From Bacteroidetes bacterium CG12_big_fil_rev_8_21_14_0_65_60_17 (GTDB lineage: Bacteria; Bacteroidota; Rhodothermia; Rhodothermales; UBA10348): 64,000 bases of DNA. Each line of letters opens with the position of its first letter. The first letter of the stretch is position 1. The position numbers and the translations under genes were made by a program. The stretch spans positions 7,323-71,322 of the forward strand of contig PCUY01000062.1 in the NCBI GenBank assembly GCA_002787815.1. The letters are read 5' to 3'. Under the pieces are notes generated by a model. The model ran no database searches, was not told the DNA's origin, and saw nothing but the letters and a program-made list of their open reading frames with translations. Below, piece by piece: positions 18,032-27,157 of the stretch.

Positions 18032-19917
18032 GCCATCGGGAGAAGGACGGCATCATTGCCGTGATGCCCCCCACGCTTTCCAACAAGATTGCGGCGGGTG
18101 AGGTGGTACAGCGACCGGCCTCGGTCGTCAAGGAGCTCGTTGAAAACGCGCTCGATGCGGGTGCGGAGCGGGTCGATGTCCACCTGCAGGGGGCCGGAAG
18201 TACGTTGATCCAGGTCGTGGATACCGGATCGGGAATGAGTCCATCCGATGCCATCATGGCTTTTAAGCGGCATGCGACGAGCAAAGTTCGTGAAGTTGGC
18301 GACCTGGAGCGTATCCACACGTTGGGTTTCCGGGGAGAAGCGCTCGCCTCCATCGCATCTGTTTCGCAGGTGGAGCTGCGTACGTGCCGGAAAGAAGATG
18401 AAGTCGGGACACGTGTGCGGCTCGACGGAGGGGAAGATGCCCGACAGGAGCCGGGACCGGCTGCCGTGGGGACGTCCATTGCCGTCCGGAATCTGTTTTT
18501 CAATGTACCCGCCCGTCGCAACTTCCTGAAGCGCCCGCAGACGGAGCTCAAGCATTGTATGGATGTCGTGACCGTTCTGGCACTTTCTCATCCGGGTGTG
18601 CATTTCCACCTCGAGCACGACGGGAATGAGCTGCTCGACGTGAAGGCCGAGTCCACGGGCACGTTTTTCGATAAGGTGACGCGCCGGGCCGCTGATCTGG
18701 CGAGCGTACCGGATGCCAGCGAGTTGATTGACGTGGAGGAGTCGACCAGTTATCTGAGGGTAAGGGGTGTTCTCGGTCCCCCGGATGTGTACCGCAAGAG
18801 TCGCGGACAACAGTACCTGTTCGTCAATGGTCGCTATGTTCGGCACCGTTCCCTGGAACACGCGGTGCTGTCGGCCTATGAGTATCTCCTTCCGGAGGAC
18901 TCATACCCTTTCTTTGTGCTGTTCCTGGATATTGACCCGCGCCATGTGGATGTGAATGTGCACCCGGCCAAGGCGGAGGTCAAGTTTGACGATGAGCGCG
19001 GGGTGTACAGCATGTTGCGGACGGTGGTCAAGCGGGTAGTCAGCGTGCACAGCCTGACACCAGAGCTGGGGGGAGGACGCGACGAGCCGCGATCCAGACG
19101 ACAAGGGGTTTCCGGATACGCGGGGCTGCAGATTGATTTGTCGGAGCACGGTCCCGACCGGCGTACGGATTCAAAAAGGGACGGTTCAAAAAGGGACGGT
19201 TCAAAACGCGACGTTGCACCGGATTGGGTCCGGCAGGAGCACCCGGGCCGGGTAGCCGGTACGCGTGCGGAGGCGGGACAGCTTTCGACGCAATTGCTCG
19301 GTCCTGCGCTTGCACGGACCGACGACGATGCCCCGGAGACACACCCACCGGACCAACTTCTCTGGCAGGTTCATGGCGCATACATCCTGACGCAGATCCG
19401 ATCCGGCCTGGTGATCCTGGACCAGCAGCGGGCTCATGAACGTATTCTCTACGAACAGATCCTGGCTACGCTCGACGGCGGGGTCGGAATGAGTCAACAA
19501 CTGCTCTTCCCCCAGACCGTGTCACTCTCGCCCAGTGACTTTGCGCTCTACTCCAGCCTCGAGAAGGAACTTCAGCAGCTCGGGTTCGATGCCGAGCCGT
19601 TCGGAGGCAACACAGTCATTGTTCGCGGCGTTCCTGCGGACATCCGGAATGGCGACGAGCGCTCTGTCCTGGTAGATGTAATCCAGTCTTTCCAGGAAGA
19701 AGAAGCCACTTCAGGGCAATCCGCCCGTACGGATCGACTGGCCAGGGCCGTGGCACGCCGGAGTGCCATTCGGGCTGGGACCCGTCTGTCAGGAAAGGAA
19801 ATGCGTGCCCTGATAGATCAACTCTTTCAGTGCAGCGAGCCCTACCATGCACCCGACGGTCGCTCTACGCTGGTAAAACTGTCCGTGGATGAGATCCGCT
19901 CCAGATTTGATCGTTGA
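18028..19917 (+). CDS. mutL: DNA mismatch repair protein MutL
   Basis: NKIAAGEVVQRPASVVKELVENALDAGA, RHATSK, GFRGEALASI, DVNVHPAKAEV, C-terminal DQQRAHERILYE. Confidence 0.97.
   Translation: MSHREKDGIIAVMPPTLSNKIAAGEVVQRPASVVKELVENALDAGAERVDVHLQGAGSTLIQVVDTGSGMSPSDAIMAFKRHATSKVREVGDLERIHTLGFRGEALASIASVSQVELRTCRKEDEVGTRVRLDGGEDARQEPGPAAVGTSIAVRNLFFNVPARRNFLKRPQTELKHCMDVVTVLALSHPGVHFHLEHDGNELLDVKAESTGTFFDKVTRRAADLASVPDASELIDVEESTSYLRVRGVLGPPDVYRKSRGQQYLFVNGRYVRHRSLEHAVLSAYEYLLPEDSYPFFVLFLDIDPRHVDVNVHPAKAEVKFDDERGVYSMLRTVVKRVVSVHSLTPELGGGRDEPRSRRQGVSGYAGLQIDLSEHGPDRRTDSKRDGSKRDGSKRDVAPDWVRQEHPGRVAGTRAEAGQLSTQLLGPALARTDDDAPETHPPDQLLWQVHGAYILTQIRSGLVILDQQRAHERILYEQILATLDGGVGMSQQLLFPQTVSLSPSDFALYSSLEKELQQLGFDAEPFGGNTVIVRGVPADIRNGDERSVLVDVIQSFQEEEATSGQSARTDRLARAVARRSAIRAGTRLSGKEMRALIDQLFQCSEPYHAPDGRSTLVKLSVDEIRSRFDR
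19170..19214 (+). repeat. 15-bp tandem repeat (TTCAAAAAGGGACGG x about 3) in the MutL linker
   Basis: Encodes SKRDG-SKRDG-SKRD; third copy imperfect. Confidence 0.85.
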
Positions 19918-21340
19918 ATCGGTCCAGGCCAGCCTTTGCGGGTTGTCGGACCAGACCCTGCTTCTCGGATGCAGTGGGGGGGTGGACTCAATGGTCCTGG
20001 CGCGTACAATGCTCGAACTTGGCCAATCGTTCGAGGTGGCGCACGTGGATTACGGTCTGCGGCCGGAATCGGCGGCCGATGCAGAGCTCGTTGCCCGCTG
20101 GTGCGGTGACCACGACGTTCCCGTTCATGTGCTCCGGGCCGGGACAGCACCGAAGACGGGTTCGCTGCAGGCATGGGCCCGCAACGTGCGTTACCATTTC
20201 TTCGCGGAAACGGTGGCCTGGCGAGAGCTCGCTGCCGTCCTGGTTGCCCATCATGCTGATGACCAGGCAGAAACAGTTGCGCTCGCCCAGGAGCGGGGCG
20301 GTGGTGTGGACGGCCTCTCGGGTATGTCCCCTGTGGCATACCTGCCGGTAGCATCCGTGACGGGGCGACGGTACCGGTTGTTGCGCCCGCTGCTGGAAAC
20401 GGCGCGATCGACCATCGAGTCGGCTGCCGAAGCGTGGAATGTGCCGTACAGGAGCGACAAATCGAACGAGGACATGCGATTCAGACGTGCTGTTGTTCGT
20501 CGGGACATGACAGCACTTCGACGTGAGGTGCTGCTGCGTACGGCCCGGTCGTCACAGAAGCAGGCTGAAGAGTGGCTGGATGAATTGCCGGTGCAACTCG
20601 TTGGGACGCTTACGTCCAATGCGCCCGACTATCGGAGAATTCCACTGGAAGCGCTGCAAGAATTGTCTGACGACCATCGGGCCTGGTATCTGCTTCGCCT
20701 GGCTGCGGCACTGCACCCGGCAGCCCCGCGCCGTCGAAGTTGGGTCGACGCGGTGAACAATCTGGTTCAGAGCCCGCCGGGATCTAGGCTCTCGGTCGGT
20801 GTCATTGAGGGTGTCCGGGATCGGGAGTCGATTTTTGTATACTCGAAGCCTTTCAGGCGGCGCGTCGGGGAAGAGACACAGGAGCGCACGGTAGACCTGC
20901 CCCTGGCACGCGGAGAGCGGCTGTCGGAGCATTTTGGTGTGGGGACGCTGCGGATTTCCCGGCTTTCCGGCCGGCGCATGGACGAGAGCGTCCATTCCAC
21001 TGCAGATACGGACCACGCCGGGATGCAGCCGATCTGGCTGGACCCTGCGTCGGTGGTGGGTCGCGTCCGCGTGCGACGCTGGGCAGCGGGAGATCGATTC
21101 ACTCCACTTGGCGCACAGGGCAGTACGAAGATCAAAGCGCTCCTGACCGGGAGCGCGGTTCCGCCGTCGCTCAAGCCGTACGTACCGGTGCTTGTCGACG
21201 ACGCTGGCATAATGTGCGTTCCTGGGTACAGGGCGGCCGAACGGTTTCGCGCGAGGGACGCGACGCAAGAAATGCTTTGCGTGGAGTGGGAACCGGGCAG
21301 TGCGTATTTTCAGCGCGCCCCGGATTGCACTCATCCATAA
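19889..21340 (+). CDS. tilS: tRNA(Ile)-lysidine synthetase
   Basis: CSGGVDSMVL PP-loop, AHVDYGLR, AHHADDQAET, RPLL, DKSN, C-terminal RRWAAGDRF; start approximate. Confidence 0.92.
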   Translation: MRSAPDLIVESVQASLCGLSDQTLLLGCSGGVDSMVLARTMLELGQSFEVAHVDYGLRPESAADAELVARWCGDHDVPVHVLRAGTAPKTGSLQAWARNVRYHFFAETVAWRELAAVLVAHHADDQAETVALAQERGGGVDGLSGMSPVAYLPVASVTGRRYRLLRPLLETARSTIESAAEAWNVPYRSDKSNEDMRFRRAVVRRDMTALRREVLLRTARSSQKQAEEWLDELPVQLVGTLTSNAPDYRRIPLEALQELSDDHRAWYLLRLAAALHPAAPRRRSWVDAVNNLVQSPPGSRLSVGVIEGVRDRESIFVYSKPFRRRVGEETQERTVDLPLARGERLSEHFGVGTLRISRLSGRRMDESVHSTADTDHAGMQPIWLDPASVVGRVRVRRWAAGDRFTPLGAQGSTKIKALLTGSAVPPSLKPYVPVLVDDAGIMCVPGYRAAERFRARDATQEMLCVEWEPGSAYFQRAPDCTHP

Positions 21341-21351
21341 CAACGCCTGCC

Positions 21352-21927
21352 ATGCCTCCTCCCGCTCTGGAACATCACTCGGACCGCCACATCTCCGTTC
21401 GGGGCGAGCCCTTCCGCGTCTACATTGATCGGAACCGCATTGCCCGGCGCGTCGAGGAGCTTGGCGAGCAGATTTCAAGGGATTACGAAGGGAAGCGTCC
21501 GATCCTGATTGGTGTGCTGAACGGGGCCTATATCTTTCTGGCCGATCTCATGCGTGCCATCCGCATTGATTGCGAGGTCGACTTCATGAAGCTCTCCTCC
21601 TATGGCGCAGACAAGATTTCGAGTGGTACCGTCAGGTCACTGAAACGGATTGACGCGGATATCAAGGGACGCCACGTCATTATTGTGGAGGACATTGTGG
21701 ATACGGGTCTGTCCATGGAGTACATCCTGGACAGGCTTGCCCGCGAACGTCCGGCCTCCATGCAGGTGGCCACCATGTTGCACAAGGCGGCGGCCACAAA
21801 AGTGGATCTGGAACTGCGCTACGTCGGATTTGAAATTGACAACCTTTTCGTCGTCGGATACGGTCTGGACTATGGCCAGGTGGGACGCAATCTGAAGGAT
21901 ATTTTTATTCTTGACTCGGGCCTGTAA
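21352..21927 (+). CDS. hpt: Hypoxanthine phosphoribosyltransferase
   Basis: GVLNGAYIFLADL, VIIVEDIVDTGLS, FVVGYGLDY. Confidence 0.96.
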   Translation: MPPPALEHHSDRHISVRGEPFRVYIDRNRIARRVEELGEQISRDYEGKRPILIGVLNGAYIFLADLMRAIRIDCEVDFMKLSSYGADKISSGTVRSLKRIDADIKGRHVIIVEDIVDTGLSMEYILDRLARERPASMQVATMLHKAAATKVDLELRYVGFEIDNLFVVGYGLDYGQVGRNLKDIFILDSGL

Positions 21928-22217
21928 ACACAACGCCAGAACCCGCTGTAGCAGACGAACGCGCCGGTACTCGGCGCGGGCGCTTATCAAGGCGTGAGGA
22001 GCGAAGTATGGCAGCTCCACTTGGCGAAGTATTTCGCAAGAGTGATGAACAACACAGAGAAACGCCATTTTCGACGCTACCCTGCGGGACGGGGCCAATT
22101 TCTTGTCCGCCATCGTTGTTCTCACCTCGAGTAACGCTGCTACACTTCGGTTCGTCTGCCTTGGCGGACAGGAATTTTGCTACCGTCAGCGGGCTCTGAC
22201 GTAGTGTTAACAGGCCC
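21918..22217. mobile_element. 300-bp non-autonomous MITE with about 31-bp terminal inverted repeats and a 2-bp TC target duplication
   Basis: Left GGGCCTGTAAACACAACGCCAGAACCCGCTG vs reverse complement of right end GGGCCTGTTAACACTACGTCAGAGCCCGCTG (4 mismatches); TC on both flanks; excision restores hpt GAC-TCA-TAG. Confidence 0.8.
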
Positions 22218-23510
22218 TCATAGAACGGCCTCCTCCATGTGGGAAACAAGGCGAGCCACATCTTCGAACGAGTTGTAGAGGGGGACGGGTGCGGCCCGGA
22301 TGATATCGGGTTCACGCCAGTCGCAGCGCACGTCCGCCTGTACAAGCTGGTCGTAGACGCTACGGCCGTCAGCACGCACGACGCGCAGGGACAGTTGCGC
22401 TCCGCGCTGTCTGGGATCGGAAGGTGTGATTATTTCGATGTCATCGGGTAACCGTTCTGACAGAGCCTCCTCCAGGAATCGGGTGAGGAGCAGGCTTTTT
22501 TCCCGGAGGGCGGCCATGCCAACAGCATCGAAGGCATCGAGAGCCGCGTCCAGACCCGCGAGCATCAGGATGGAGGGATTGGAGAGTTGCCAGCCCTCGG
22601 CGCCCTCGGCGGCCCGGAATGTGGAATCCATGCGGAAACGATCGGCCAGATCCACGCCCCACCAGCCCGCAACGTGGGGCCGGGCGGTGTGGCGGTCGTG
22701 CACGAATATGGCGCTCGGCCCGCCCGGCCCGGAATTCAGGTATTTATAGGTGCACCAGGCTGCAAAATCGACACCCCAGTCATGGAGCTTCAGCGGTACG
22801 TTGCCGGCGGCGTGCGCCAGGTCCCAGCCGGCCAGGGCCCCCACATCGTGCAGCCGGGCCGTGATGTTGCCGATGTCCATGAACTGCCCGGTCCAGTAAT
22901 TCACGCCGCCGACCAGTCCGAGTGCGACGCCTTCTCCATGTTCACCAAGTGCCGCGGCGAGTGCGCTGTCTGTAAGCATGTCGCTGTCACCGGGCACAAG
23001 GATTGCCGTTTCCGGGTCCATACCGTGGAGCGCCAGGTGTGATGAGACGACATGCGTGTCGGACGGAAACGCGTGCGGCTCCATGAGGATGCGGAATCGG
23101 CCCTGTTCGGGCCGATAGAAAGCGGTCAGGAGCAGGTGAAGGTTCACCGTGAGGCTGTTCATGACCGTTACTTCACGGGATTCCGCTCCGACGATGGGCG
23201 CCAGCCGCTCGGCAAGCGGCCGGTGATATGTCGTGAACGGTCGCTCGCCGGAAAAATGACCGTCAACCCCGCGCGTAGCCCAGGCCTCAAGTACGTCCTG
23301 CACGCGCTGGGCCGTGACACGCGGCTGCAGTCCCAGTGAGTTGCCGGTGAAATACAGCACGCGGTCTCCCGCGGGAGTTCTGGGCCAGTAAAACGCCTCA
23401 CGCCAGGCCGACAGCGGGTCGTCGCGGTCCAAGGCACGGGCCCGGCGCAGCCACGCCGCAGCTGTGCTCCGCTCATTGCCGGGCGAGAGGTCGGTTTTAC
23501 GATGTGTCAT
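22218..23510 (-). CDS. kynU: Kynureninase
   Basis: YFTGNSLGLQP, MNSLTVNLHL, FPSD, WDLAHAAGN, DFAAWCTYKYLNSGPG (PLP lysine), QRGAQLS, APVPLYNSFED. Confidence 0.95.
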   Translation of the reverse strand: MTHRKTDLSPGNERSTAAAWLRRARALDRDDPLSAWREAFYWPRTPAGDRVLYFTGNSLGLQPRVTAQRVQDVLEAWATRGVDGHFSGERPFTTYHRPLAERLAPIVGAESREVTVMNSLTVNLHLLLTAFYRPEQGRFRILMEPHAFPSDTHVVSSHLALHGMDPETAILVPGDSDMLTDSALAAALGEHGEGVALGLVGGVNYWTGQFMDIGNITARLHDVGALAGWDLAHAAGNVPLKLHDWGVDFAAWCTYKYLNSGPGGPSAIFVHDRHTARPHVAGWWGVDLADRFRMDSTFRAAEGAEGWQLSNPSILMLAGLDAALDAFDAVGMAALREKSLLLTRFLEEALSERLPDDIEIITPSDPRQRGAQLSLRVVRADGRSVYDQLVQADVRCDWREPDIIRAAPVPLYNSFEDVARLVSHMEEAVL

Positions 23511-24337
23511 GGATTCGTGTGCCGGCTGCGTTGGCTGACGTCGGGATAGAAAAGGGGCCGGCTGGGCGCGGCATCGGAATCGAACGGGGGAATCTGGATA
23601 TCCAGCCATCCGTGGCCATCCTGCACATTCCCGGGAATGGCAATGAGTTCCGTGATGGTCATTGTGCGTGGATCGGGGCCTGGAGTAACGGGGTCCGGTT
23701 CGACCGAGCCGGGTGCCATTCCCCAGAACGCCCGATGGGCAGCCAGGCGGCCGCCGTCATCCATAGGATCGACCGACGGCGCATCGATCAGCAGGTGCTC
23801 GAATCCGGCGGTCCGGATCCAGGTGGCGGCTTCCACGGAAAGGTGGCGGCCACGCGCCGCCGCCTCTCCTTGACTGTCACCGTCGATCCGCGTCTGCGTT
23901 CGGAGAATGATGGCCCGCGGCACGAGGGTGTCAGCATGGCCAGTTCCAGGCGTGATGCGTTCGACGGACGATTCAAGCTCCCGAGCCGACACGCCGAACC
24001 GGTGCGCCTCAGAGCCGCGTCCTTCCGGCAACGTGACAGAGACGAGTATGGCCCTGATCGGACCTGGTCGCCACGTGTCCATGAGCGACATACGCCTTTG
24101 CGTTATGTGGCCTACGCACTCGGTGTGCGTTCCGTGGACATGAGGCGTAATGGTCAGTGTCTCCACGTTGCAGGACGCGCCACCAGCGACCTGCCCACAG
24201 AATCCGTCTGTGCGGGCCCACTGTCGCGAAGCACTCGGCAGGTTGAACAGAGCGGTCTGCGAGCCGTCGAATCGGATGGGGACGGACAGGTCGATGGGGC
24301 TGGCGTCGAACGGACTGGGGGAGGAATTCGGAGCCAT
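23507..24337 (-). CDS. Cyclase-family metallohydrolase (putative kynurenine formamidase, KynB-like)
   Basis: PHVHGTHTECVGH, HLLIDAPSVD, TITEL, DAAPSRP; overlaps kynU start. Confidence 0.85.
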   Translation of the reverse strand: MAPNSSPSPFDASPIDLSVPIRFDGSQTALFNLPSASRQWARTDGFCGQVAGGASCNVETLTITPHVHGTHTECVGHITQRRMSLMDTWRPGPIRAILVSVTLPEGRGSEAHRFGVSARELESSVERITPGTGHADTLVPRAIILRTQTRIDGDSQGEAAARGRHLSVEAATWIRTAGFEHLLIDAPSVDPMDDGGRLAAHRAFWGMAPGSVEPDPVTPGPDPRTMTITELIAIPGNVQDGHGWLDIQIPPFDSDAAPSRPLFYPDVSQRSRHTNP

Positions 24338-25653
24338 CAGCTTCGGACGAGGACTTCTTTTGGATAACAGATCCAGGTACGCTCCTTCCGGGCCCAGGTC
24401 TCCGGCCGCATTACCGTACCAGCGACATCGGCGAGCTCTTCAATCCGCCCATCGCGCCTCAGTATGCCGATGCCGTCCCGGTCTGCCGTATAGGCTTCGT
24501 GCCGTGTCGTTTCCGAGCCCACGAAATGCGCCAGATTCCGCTCCGTGTCCGGTATGTCGTGCATTCGAAGCCATGCGGCAACACGATCCTGTAGCGCCCC
24601 GGTCGCAGGCACGTCATGGTCCTCGTCCAGGAATGAGACCCGGAAAAAATCACGCGTCAGGAAGCGTTGACACAGTTGGGCCAGCACGGGATCGTGTGAC
24701 GCACTCCACGTCTTGAGGCTGAAAATGATATCCGTATCGTCCAGATCGACAAACGCCGACAGCACGTCACTCCGGTCCAGGTCATCCGGTCCGAAAGTGT
24801 GTTCGAGAAAGAACATGAACCGGGGAGATGCACCCGTTGAGACGTCCACTTCTTCCTGCCCCATCCGGCCGTGGATGTGGTCCCGGACGCGGCCAATGAT
24901 GCTCTTCATGAGGAAGTCACCGGAGAGTACCGTCTTGTGCAGGTAAACCTGCCAGTACATGAGGCGCCGGGACAACAGGAAGTTTTCTACGGCGTATCGC
25001 CCTTTGGCCTCGACCACGAGTCGATCGCGGCCCAGTCGATGGTCGTGCACCACGCGAAGCGTCCGGATAATGCGTCCAACGCCCACCCGCCCTTCGACGA
25101 CGCCCGTGTAGTAGGAGTCGCGGCGCAGGTAGTCGAGCCGATCCATGTCGAGCTGACTGGAGAGCAGGCTGTGCAGCCAAGCCGGCGGAAGGTCCGTACC
25201 GCACTCCCTGTCGAAAACCGAGAGAGCCCTGGACAGCGCACCGTTGAACCTGTCATTGAGCCTCAATATCAGGGCCCGGGAGAGGCGTTCGTGCTCAATG
25301 CCCGAAATGAGGGTGTGTTCAAGCGTGTGTGAGAAAGGTCCGTGTCCCACATCGTGCAGCAGCGCTGCAATGAGCGCCGCCTGGACGTCCTTTGCCGGCA
25401 GTTCGGTTCCTTTTTCCCGAAGCGATACAAGGGCATCGTGCATCAGCGCCATGGCTCCGAGAGCATGCCCGAACCGGGAGTGTTCAGCACCCGGGAACAC
25501 CATGTGACCCACACCCAGCTGCCGTATGCGGCGCAGGCGCTGCACTTCCGGAGTCTGGACCAGATCCAGTACCAGATCCTTGGGTACGGACACGAATCCG
25601 TGGACCGGATCCGAGAAAAGTTTGAATCGACCAATCACGGAAGTGTCTGACAT
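24337..25653 (-). CDS. HD-domain phosphohydrolase (YwfO/SAMHD1-like dNTP triphosphohydrolase family)
   Basis: DPVHG, QRLRRIRQLG, HSRFGHALG, LLHDVGHGPFSH, LDMDRLDYL, MYWQVYLHKT. Confidence 0.9.
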   Translation of the reverse strand: MSDTSVIGRFKLFSDPVHGFVSVPKDLVLDLVQTPEVQRLRRIRQLGVGHMVFPGAEHSRFGHALGAMALMHDALVSLREKGTELPAKDVQAALIAALLHDVGHGPFSHTLEHTLISGIEHERLSRALILRLNDRFNGALSRALSVFDRECGTDLPPAWLHSLLSSQLDMDRLDYLRRDSYYTGVVEGRVGVGRIIRTLRVVHDHRLGRDRLVVEAKGRYAVENFLLSRRLMYWQVYLHKTVLSGDFLMKSIIGRVRDHIHGRMGQEEVDVSTGASPRFMFFLEHTFGPDDLDRSDVLSAFVDLDDTDIIFSLKTWSASHDPVLAQLCQRFLTRDFFRVSFLDEDHDVPATGALQDRVAAWLRMHDIPDTERNLAHFVGSETTRHEAYTADRDGIGILRRDGRIEELADVAGTVMRPETWARKERTWICYPKEVLVRS

Positions 25654-25693
25654 GTTGTATATAACCTGCTCACGAACGGTAACATACGCAGAC

Positions 25694-27157
25694 GTGTTCA
25701 CTCCTCCACATATCGGTCCGGACGTTTCTGTCGTGCTTGACGTGCCGGATGCGTACCGGCCCGTGGCCTGGTACGGAATCCGTATGGCCCTCATGCCTTT
25801 CAGGCTTCGTCCGGTTCCGGTTGCGGCATCCGAAGCCGACGTGGACGGATCGGGTATCTGGTACGCCTGTCCGGGAGACACCGCGGTCGGCGCAGTCGTG
25901 CCGGGAAATGGGTGGTTCCGTGTCGTGGCGCCCGCGGGGACGGCTGGCACGTTCCTGGAGCGCCGGCCGCTTCGGGCGGCTGATGTACCGTTCGAGGGTG
26001 ACATACCGGTTCTGTTTCCGTGTGAGGGTGACATCTCCTTCGACCCCATTGCCAGCGTTGCATACCTTCTCGGTCTGTGGCATGAGACGATGACGACCGC
26101 CCGTGATGAACACGGTCGCATCCAGGATCACGACATGTTTTCTGCGCAGTTGGGCGTCTCGGATCGCCCCATAGCTGACCAGATCCGGTTGGCATTCGGA
26201 AGCCTGTTGGCTCGTCATGGTCTGGAGATGGAGCGCCGGACGTTCGGTGACGGCTCGTGGGCGTTTTGCTCGACTCACGACATTGACTACGACCGCAAGT
26301 GGCGAAAAGGCATTTTCTACCGGGAAATCGTGGAGCGTGGCCTGCTCGGAAAAAGTACCGACGTGCATCGATCCGGCGGCTGGCGCATTCGTGGCCGGTG
26401 GCAGCATGTCATGGGCGCCGTCCGGGGAGCAGGCCAGGCCGTCCGTGGTGACGACCCGTTCCGTCAAGCCACGGTACGCATGCGCGAGGAAGTTGTGGCC
26501 CGCGGAGGCCGGGGCACGTTTTTCTTCAAGGCCGGAGCCCATGGATTCCGTGATGTAGCCTACAGTCTCCGGTCCACCTTCATGCAGAACCAACTGCGGG
26601 CTCTGCGCAGGGACGGCTTCGGGATTGGGCTGCATCCATCCTATTTTGCCTGGGACCGGCCCGACTGGTTGCACACGGAACGCGAAAAACTGGGTGCCGC
26701 CGCGGGGCTGCCCATGGATTCGGTCCGCATGCACTACCTGCGATGGTCGCATCCGCTGACACCGCGAATGTTGGCCGAGGAGGGATTCCGGATAGATTCG
26801 ACGGTCGGATTTTCCGCGTCGGCAGGTTTTCGGGCGGGTACATGTCTTCCATTTGCGCTCTTCGATACGGTTTCCATGGAGGAAATGGGCATGTGGGAAG
26901 TCCCGCTCATTGCCATGGAATCGGCCATGTTCAACAGAATGGGAGCTACCGGCGCCGCCGCCGTGGACGTGACCCGGCATCTCATGCGCACATGTGAAGA
27001 GATGGGAGGTGTATTCACGGGGTTGTGGCACAACACGTTGTGGGATGAGGACGACTTTCCGGAGTGGGGCTACCATTTCACATGGTCGCTCGACCGGGCC
27101 CTGAGGCGCCATGCCGCCATGCTGCGTGTGGACGAAATTCCGGGGGCGTGGTCGTGA
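25694..27157 (+). CDS. Polysaccharide deacetylase-like (CE4/NodB-fold) protein
   Basis: RDEHGR, STHDID, GTFFF, IGLHPSY, RMHYLR, DSTVGF, GFRAGTCLPF, LWHN. Confidence 0.8.
   Translation: MFTPPHIGPDVSVVLDVPDAYRPVAWYGIRMALMPFRLRPVPVAASEADVDGSGIWYACPGDTAVGAVVPGNGWFRVVAPAGTAGTFLERRPLRAADVPFEGDIPVLFPCEGDISFDPIASVAYLLGLWHETMTTARDEHGRIQDHDMFSAQLGVSDRPIADQIRLAFGSLLARHGLEMERRTFGDGSWAFCSTHDIDYDRKWRKGIFYREIVERGLLGKSTDVHRSGGWRIRGRWQHVMGAVRGAGQAVRGDDPFRQATVRMREEVVARGGRGTFFFKAGAHGFRDVAYSLRSTFMQNQLRALRRDGFGIGLHPSYFAWDRPDWLHTEREKLGAAAGLPMDSVRMHYLRWSHPLTPRMLAEEGFRIDSTVGFSASAGFRAGTCLPFALFDTVSMEEMGMWEVPLIAMESAMFNRMGATGAAAVDVTRHLMRTCEEMGGVFTGLWHNTLWDEDDFPEWGYHFTWSLDRALRRHAAMLRVDEIPGAWS

Noticed and set aside
19889-21927. 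tilS-hpt adjacency as a novel system
   Set aside because: Well-known conserved gene pair.
21930-22217. tmRNA, RNase P RNA or riboswitch in the hpt-kynU gap
   Set aside because: No tRNA-like ends, tag peptide or RNase P core; terminal inverted repeats and the reconstructable empty site fit a MITE better.
25654-26121. Mutual overlap of the extended HD-protein and deacetylase ORFs
   Set aside because: Homologous regions start at 25653 (-) and about 25694 (+); the extensions are ORF-caller artefacts.
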